DNA from: Candidatus Electronema nielsenii
GTDB taxonomy: Bacteria > Desulfobacterota > Desulfobulbia > Desulfobulbales > Desulfobulbaceae
DNA: 41,746 bases
Assembly: GCA_026122915.1 (NCBI GenBank)
Contig: JAGIXO010000004.1
Span: forward strand, 1 to 41,746
Reading direction: 5' to 3'
Positions within the stretch are counted from its first letter, which is position 1. Each line of letters starts with the position of its first letter. The translations under genes and the position numbers were made by a program. Positions 37,340 through 41,746 of the stretch are shown piece after piece. The notes under the pieces are model-generated. The model saw nothing but the letters and a program-made list of their open reading frames with translations, did no database searches and was not told the DNA's origin.

Positions 37340-37957
37340 ATGTCTGAACATTGGGATACAATTTTTTCCAACAAGAAAGATGCAGAACTTGGTTGGTATG
37401 AAAACGATGCTGCGCAGACATTAAAGTTTTTTGATCTCATTCCGTCACGAGAAACTGCCACAATTTTTTTACCAGGCGCAGGGACATCGGTGTTAATTGA
37501 TGCTCTGTTGGCAAAAGGCCATCAGCTTATTCTTAATGACATCAGCGATGTTGCATTAAGTAAGCTCAGGACGAGGATAGGGGAGAATGATAATGTATCA
37601 TTAATGCATTATGATATTGCTCACCCATTACCTGATGGCCTTGCGAAGACAATTGATATTTGGATAGACCGGGCTGTGCTTCATTTTCTCCTCAAGGAAA
37701 GTGACATTCAAGGCTATTTTACTAATCTGCATGCAGCGGTTCGTTCAGGCGGTTACGTATTATTGGCAGAGTTTGCGACTACAGGTGCGCAAAAGTGTGC
37801 TGGACTTGAACTACATCGCTATTCCATTGAAGAAATGACATTGCGAATGGGAAAAGACTTTGAGCTGATCAAGCATGAAGAATACATATTTATCAATCCA
37901 TCTGGTGATACACGTCCGTATGTCTATGGACTTTTCAAAAGACTTGCTGGACATTAG
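37340..37957 (+). CDS. Class I SAM-dependent methyltransferase
   Basis: HW..IF, GAGTS.L.D.L, DIS..AL, W.DRAVLHFL and CAGL motifs. Confidence 0.85.
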   Translation: MSEHWDTIFSNKKDAELGWYENDAAQTLKFFDLIPSRETATIFLPGAGTSVLIDALLAKGHQLILNDISDVALSKLRTRIGENDNVSLMHYDIAHPLPDGLAKTIDIWIDRAVLHFLLKESDIQGYFTNLHAAVRSGGYVLLAEFATTGAQKCAGLELHRYSIEEMTLRMGKDFELIKHEEYIFINPSGDTRPYVYGLFKRLAGH

Positions 37958-37963
37958 CACGTA

Positions 37964-38260
37964 ATGGACAATCGGCTCATTAATATCGGCTTTGGCAATG
38001 CAGTCAAAATCAGCCGCATTCTTGCCGTAGTCAATCCTGGCTCTTCGCCCATCCGCAAGCTCAAGGAAGAGGCCAAGCAAGAACACCGGTTGATTGACGT
38101 GACCGAAGGCCGCCGCACACGGGGCATCATCATTCTTGACAGCGGTCATTTGGTGCTGACCTCGGTCCAGCCGGAGACTATCAGTCAGCGTCTATCCGCC
38201 CTTGACAAAGATCAGGCTAATCCGGCTCGCCTATTGCAAACGGAGAACGATCATGAGTGA
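37964..38260 (+). CDS. remA: DUF370/RemA family protein
   Basis: LINIGFGN, SSPIRKL, LIDVTEGRRTR and SVQPETI; located between yicC and gmk. Confidence 0.88.
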   Translation: MDNRLINIGFGNAVKISRILAVVNPGSSPIRKLKEEAKQEHRLIDVTEGRRTRGIIILDSGHLVLTSVQPETISQRLSALDKDQANPARLLQTENDHE

Positions 38261-38834
38261 AGGCATATTACTCGTCCTGTCTGCGCCCTCTGGCTGCGGC
38301 AAAACCACCATTTTGCGGCAAGTCATGGCTGAACTGCCCGGTTTGGCCTTTTCCGTTTCGCACACTACCCGCCAGTCTCGGCCCGGTGAAGTAAATGGGC
38401 GCGACTATCATTTTGTTAGCATAGAGCAGTTCAAGGCCATCCGCGACAGCACACCCTCTGGCTTTCTTGAATGGGCGGAAGTGCATGGCAATTTTTATGG
38501 CACTGCCCGGCAGGAAGTCGAGAGTCGCTTGGCTGCTGGAATTGATGTGATTCTTGATATTGACGTGCAAGGGGCAGAACAAGTGCGGCGCAATGCCGCG
38601 CCAGTGACGGTTTTCATCGCCCCGCCTTCATTAGCAGAATTAGAGCGACGACTGCGCGGGCGCGGTACTGAGAACGAAGAAAGCCTGCTTCGCCGTCTCG
38701 CTAATGCGGAAAAAGAAATGCAGGCTGCCGCTGCCTACACCTATCTGATCGTCAACGACCACTTAGAGCAGGCGATTTTGACTCTAAAATCTGTGATTTT
38801 AGCTGAACGTTGTCGTCAGCGACAGATATTGTAA
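38253..38834 (+). CDS. gmk: Guanylate kinase
   Basis: SAPSGCGKTT, SVSHTTR..RPGE..GRDYHF, EWAEVHGNFYGT and LDIDVQG. Start taken at ATG 38253 after GGAG. Confidence 0.96.
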   Translation: MSEGILLVLSAPSGCGKTTILRQVMAELPGLAFSVSHTTRQSRPGEVNGRDYHFVSIEQFKAIRDSTPSGFLEWAEVHGNFYGTARQEVESRLAAGIDVILDIDVQGAEQVRRNAAPVTVFIAPPSLAELERRLRGRGTENEESLLRRLANAEKEMQAAAAYTYLIVNDHLEQAILTLKSVILAERCRQRQIL

Positions 38835-38894
38835 CGAATCAGTAAGATATGGGCTTAATTCCGTCAGAAATTTAACAACGGATTGCCCACATAG

Positions 38895-38932
38895 AAAAGG
38901 CGACCCTCCTGACTGGAAGGCCGCCTTTTTTT
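38895..38932. terminator. Bidirectional intrinsic terminator
   Basis: AAAAGGCG.CC...GG.CGCCTTTTTTT hairpin with A and T tails between convergent gmk and the DUF1634-like gene. Confidence 0.75.
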
Positions 38933-38945
38933 ATTGCGACTGTTC

Positions 38946-39386
38946 TCAGTGTCCAGCTTTCAGCAGGCCGCTGGCAGCTAAAGCCAGAATCAATACCTCA
39001 ACAATGGCCATGATCATGTAGGCTTTCTCGCCTTTCTTCATAAAGACCGGCACGATTACGGCATAACACAACATGGTAATGCCAGAAAGAATAGCTATCG
39101 GTAGGAAGTTGAGAAAATCCCCTTTTCCGAGCAATGTCAACCAAGCCCAACCGGTGGGAGGATGATCAAAATGGAGAAAATTGTTGTTCACTGCGGTAAG
39201 ATAGTCTTTAACCGGAAGATTCCAGTAATTGGAAAGTTCATCTAACGGCACAACCGGGCTGATAATGCCAGTTACATAAAGGGCAAAGCTAATGACAATC
39301 AGCACCAGCCCAATCAGCATTCCTTTTTCTAACCAAGTAGCGTAGAGCAGCTGCTCTTCTGAGGCTACATTTTTTTCATTTGCCAT
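38946..39386 (-). CDS. DUF1634-like membrane protein
   Basis: Three TM segments, EQL.YA..L, PTGW.W...L..GDFLNF; overlaps the tauE-family gene, a common pairing. Confidence 0.7.
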   Translation of the reverse strand: MANEKNVASEEQLLYATWLEKGMLIGLVLIVISFALYVTGIISPVVPLDELSNYWNLPVKDYLTAVNNNFLHFDHPPTGWAWLTLLGKGDFLNFLPIAILSGITMLCYAVIVPVFMKKGEKAYMIMAIVEVLILALAASGLLKAGH

Positions 39387-40380
39387 GATGAGATGCCTCC
39401 TGTGTATGGGTTGAAGTTGGGCGCGACGCGTTGTTCATGGCCTTAATTCCATCATAGAGTGATTTGCCGCCTGCAAACGCCAGAATGCCAATGACCATCC
39501 AGCGGATGAACGAGGGCTTGGCGACTTTCAAAATCCGCACACCCACAAAAGAACCGAGCATAATACCAATCAGCGAAGGCGCTACCAGCATCGGAATAAC
39601 TGCGCCGTTGTTCAGATAAACCCAAGCGGCAGAGGTGTCGGTGATCGACAATAAGAATTTGCTGGTAGCAACGCTGATCTTGAGCGGCGCACCCATCATC
39701 AGGTTCAGCACCGGCACGTTGGCCCAGCCTGCGCCCAGACCAAACATGCCCGCCATTACGCCGATGATGATGAAGGTCAGCAATCCAGGAATGGTGCGGT
39801 GAATTTGCCAGTTCATGGTTTTATCCGGGGACTGGTAGATGCCGTAAATCCCCAACGCAGTGGACAGTGCGTCAGCCTTGGGCACATCCGGGAAATCGGA
39901 TTTTTTCGCCGTAAACATGATCACTACGATGCCCAAAATGGTTACGCCCAGCAGCAGTTTGACGATGTGGGCAGGCAGAGCCAAGCCGAACATCGCCCCA
40001 ACGATAGCGCAGGACGAGGCAACCAAGGCGACCGGCATGGCAAGTCGGAGGCTGGCCAAGTTGGCTTTGAGCAGACCTGGCCCAGCAGCTAATGCACCGG
40101 AAAGGGCCACCAGCAGGCCAGCTCCGCGCACAAAATCAATGTGAAAAGGGAAAAAGCCGCCGATGATTGGCACATACAGCACACCGCCGCCGACACCGCC
40201 CAGCACCGCGATGATGCCCATGAAAAAAGTCACGACCAGCAGCAGCAAAGGCATGACCCACCACGCAGTTGCGTCTGCTGGGGCTGCTGCTGCCCACGAT
40301 GTGACCGGACTGGCCAGCAACAAAGCTGCCAGTACGGCGAAGCCCGCTCTTAGGCTTCCAGTGAATCTGTTTTCCTTCAT
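39376..40380 (-). CDS. Sulfite exporter TauE/SafE family protein
   Basis: GVGGGVLYVP and GMFGLGAGWANVP repeats, multi-TM. Start taken at ATG 40380 after GAAGG. Confidence 0.88.
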   Translation of the reverse strand: MKENRFTGSLRAGFAVLAALLLASPVTSWAAAAPADATAWWVMPLLLLVVTFFMGIIAVLGGVGGGVLYVPIIGGFFPFHIDFVRGAGLLVALSGALAAGPGLLKANLASLRLAMPVALVASSCAIVGAMFGLALPAHIVKLLLGVTILGIVVIMFTAKKSDFPDVPKADALSTALGIYGIYQSPDKTMNWQIHRTIPGLLTFIIIGVMAGMFGLGAGWANVPVLNLMMGAPLKISVATSKFLLSITDTSAAWVYLNNGAVIPMLVAPSLIGIMLGSFVGVRILKVAKPSFIRWMVIGILAFAGGKSLYDGIKAMNNASRPTSTHTQEASHHGK

Positions 40381-40557
40381 ACCTTCTCTCCTTACAGTAT
40401 GTTTAAAAATGAAACAGCTGTTGAAAAATTCAACAACAGAAAACGAAGACAACTCATAGAGGCACAAAAAAGACACGGGCAATTATATGAATATAAAGGC
40501 AAAAGTTTAAATTCATCTTCGATCGTGGTACTGCTATCAGCATCGACAGGATAATGG

Positions 40558-40591
40558 AGTCAATAAAAAAATGAAAGTCAATAAAAAAATG
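40558..40591. repeat. Perfect 16-bp direct repeat AGTCAATAAAAAAATG, two copies
   Basis: Copies at 40558-40573 and 40576-40591 in the divergent tauE/usp intergenic region. Confidence 0.8.
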
Positions 40592-40704
40592 CGGGCAGAA
40601 GCAGCTTCTGCGGCTTGCTATTTTTTGCAACGGTGTTAAGATGACGAGAAACTTTGCATTGAGCAAAGACTTTCTTTTCAAACAGATACAGAAAGGAGAC
40701 GGCT

Positions 40705-41559
40705 ATGAGCGGACGGCTGATTGGGCAAGCAGAAGTCATCGCATTGGCAACGGACGGGTCTTCCTACACGGACGGAGCGGTGCAGGAGGCAATTTTTTTG
40801 GCCCAGACCTGCGGCGCAAAGATTGTGGTGCTGAATGTCATCCCTATTGATTCAGAATCAATGATGGGTGCGTACACATTCTCCGCAGGAATGAGCGAGG
40901 AAATCAAGAGCCATGTAGATAACGTCAGCAAGATGGCCAAAGACCACGGCATCGAGTGCGATGTGGTCGTTGAGGAGTCCTTTCAGCCGGATAAAGCCAT
41001 TGTCGAGTTAGCTCGCCAGCACAAGGCAGATATCCTCATTATGGGTCGGCACGGCAGAAGAGGGTTGCTCAAGCTGTTGGTGGGTAGCATGACCGCCAAA
41101 GTGATTGGTCACGGATTCCCTCGTGTGCTGGTAGTGCCTAAAGATTTCACCCTCGGCGGCGAGAGAATTCTGGTTGCAGTTGATGGCTCGGTAGCCAGCG
41201 ATATGGCTGCGGAAGAAGCGATCGATATGGGAATGCACTGTTCCAATTTAAAGGAAATCTATGTGCTTTCTGTGACTTCTTCCGAGGAAGGTCTTGATCA
41301 GGCCAAAGAATTAACTGAAGCAATTTGCAAGAAAGGACAAGGAAAGGCCCAGCAGGTGACCTTTCATCCGCTTGCTGTAGTTGGCAAACATGCGTCGGAG
41401 ATTATTGCGGCGCAGGCTCTGGAAAACAAGGTTGATATGATCTTGGTGGGAGGACACGGCAAGGGTTTGAGCAAGCTCCTCATGGGCCATGTCACCGAAA
41501 AGGTTATCGGCAAGGCACACTGCGCCGTACTGGTGATAGAAAAGAAAGAAGGCGAATAA
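40705..41559 (+). CDS. Universal stress protein, tandem USP domains
   Basis: ATDGS...MGRHGRRGL..LLVGS...VLVV and VAVDGS...GGHG.GL..LLMG.V...VLVI; AAGGAG RBS. Confidence 0.93.
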   Translation: MSGRLIGQAEVIALATDGSSYTDGAVQEAIFLAQTCGAKIVVLNVIPIDSESMMGAYTFSAGMSEEIKSHVDNVSKMAKDHGIECDVVVEESFQPDKAIVELARQHKADILIMGRHGRRGLLKLLVGSMTAKVIGHGFPRVLVVPKDFTLGGERILVAVDGSVASDMAAEEAIDMGMHCSNLKEIYVLSVTSSEEGLDQAKELTEAICKKGQGKAQQVTFHPLAVVGKHASEIIAAQALENKVDMILVGGHGKGLSKLLMGHVTEKVIGKAHCAVLVIEKKEGE

Positions 41560-41617
41560 GCAGAAAAGTAAGCAGCGGGTCAGAGCCGCTGTCATTACAA
41601 CGCGTTACCCCAGCCAG

Positions 41618-41636
41618 TAGACCTCTTGCATAAGTC
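41618..41636. mobile_element. Possible IS terminal inverted repeat (IS5-like)
   Basis: TAGACCTCTTGCATAAGTC resembles IS5-type ends as I recall them, followed by AT-rich non-coding sequence. No transposase in the window. Confidence 0.3.
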
Positions 41637-41746
41637 ATACACAATCAATTGTTCGCTCCATGTTATATAGTGTTTCAGTTTTTAGATCGTCTTGAAAACC
41701 GTCTCAACGCAAACGCTTAAACTCTTGATGCCGTCGTCAGCTATTT

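Noticed and set aside
533-41559. Numerous 60-240 aa antisense or alternate-frame ORFs within housekeeping genes
   Set aside because: Shadow ORFs expected at this GC content; no motifs or RBS support.

Overview
Chromosomal window of a deltaproteobacterium-like organism. Gene content and order suggest Desulfobulbaceae, possibly a filamentous cable bacterium such as Ca. Electronema; this is an inference, not proven. The backbone is housekeeping: atpI/atpZ-hemL, trxA-trxB-bamD-GspE/PilB ATPase, tadA-tRNA-Ser-ffs-dnaX-ybaB, trpCF, TPR/LolB-like lipoproteins, glgP, pal-skp, rfaE1-yicC-remA-gmk, tauE and usp. Accessory blocks are an AT-rich type II restriction-modification island (2.1-5.6 kb), a pentaheme cytochrome c, an FNT channel, an arsR-permease pair and an orphan Tat-exported binding protein paired with a histidine kinase. 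The most notable locus lies between ffs and dnaX. There a Bell-like helical protein ends in a Gly/Ala-rich motif that recurs at the N-terminus of the overlapping NB-ARC/TPR (NLR-like) gene, making a candidate amyloid-signalling immune or cell-death pair, and the TPR block of that gene is sharply AT-shifted. Downstream are a REP doublet, a 23-bp-period array of palindromes with flipped cores and a Uma2 gene. A second 23-bp-period array with the same 16+7 layout but a different sequence lies at 29.2 kb. dnaX is split at an A9 run, so the long tau form needs a -1 shift or an extra A.
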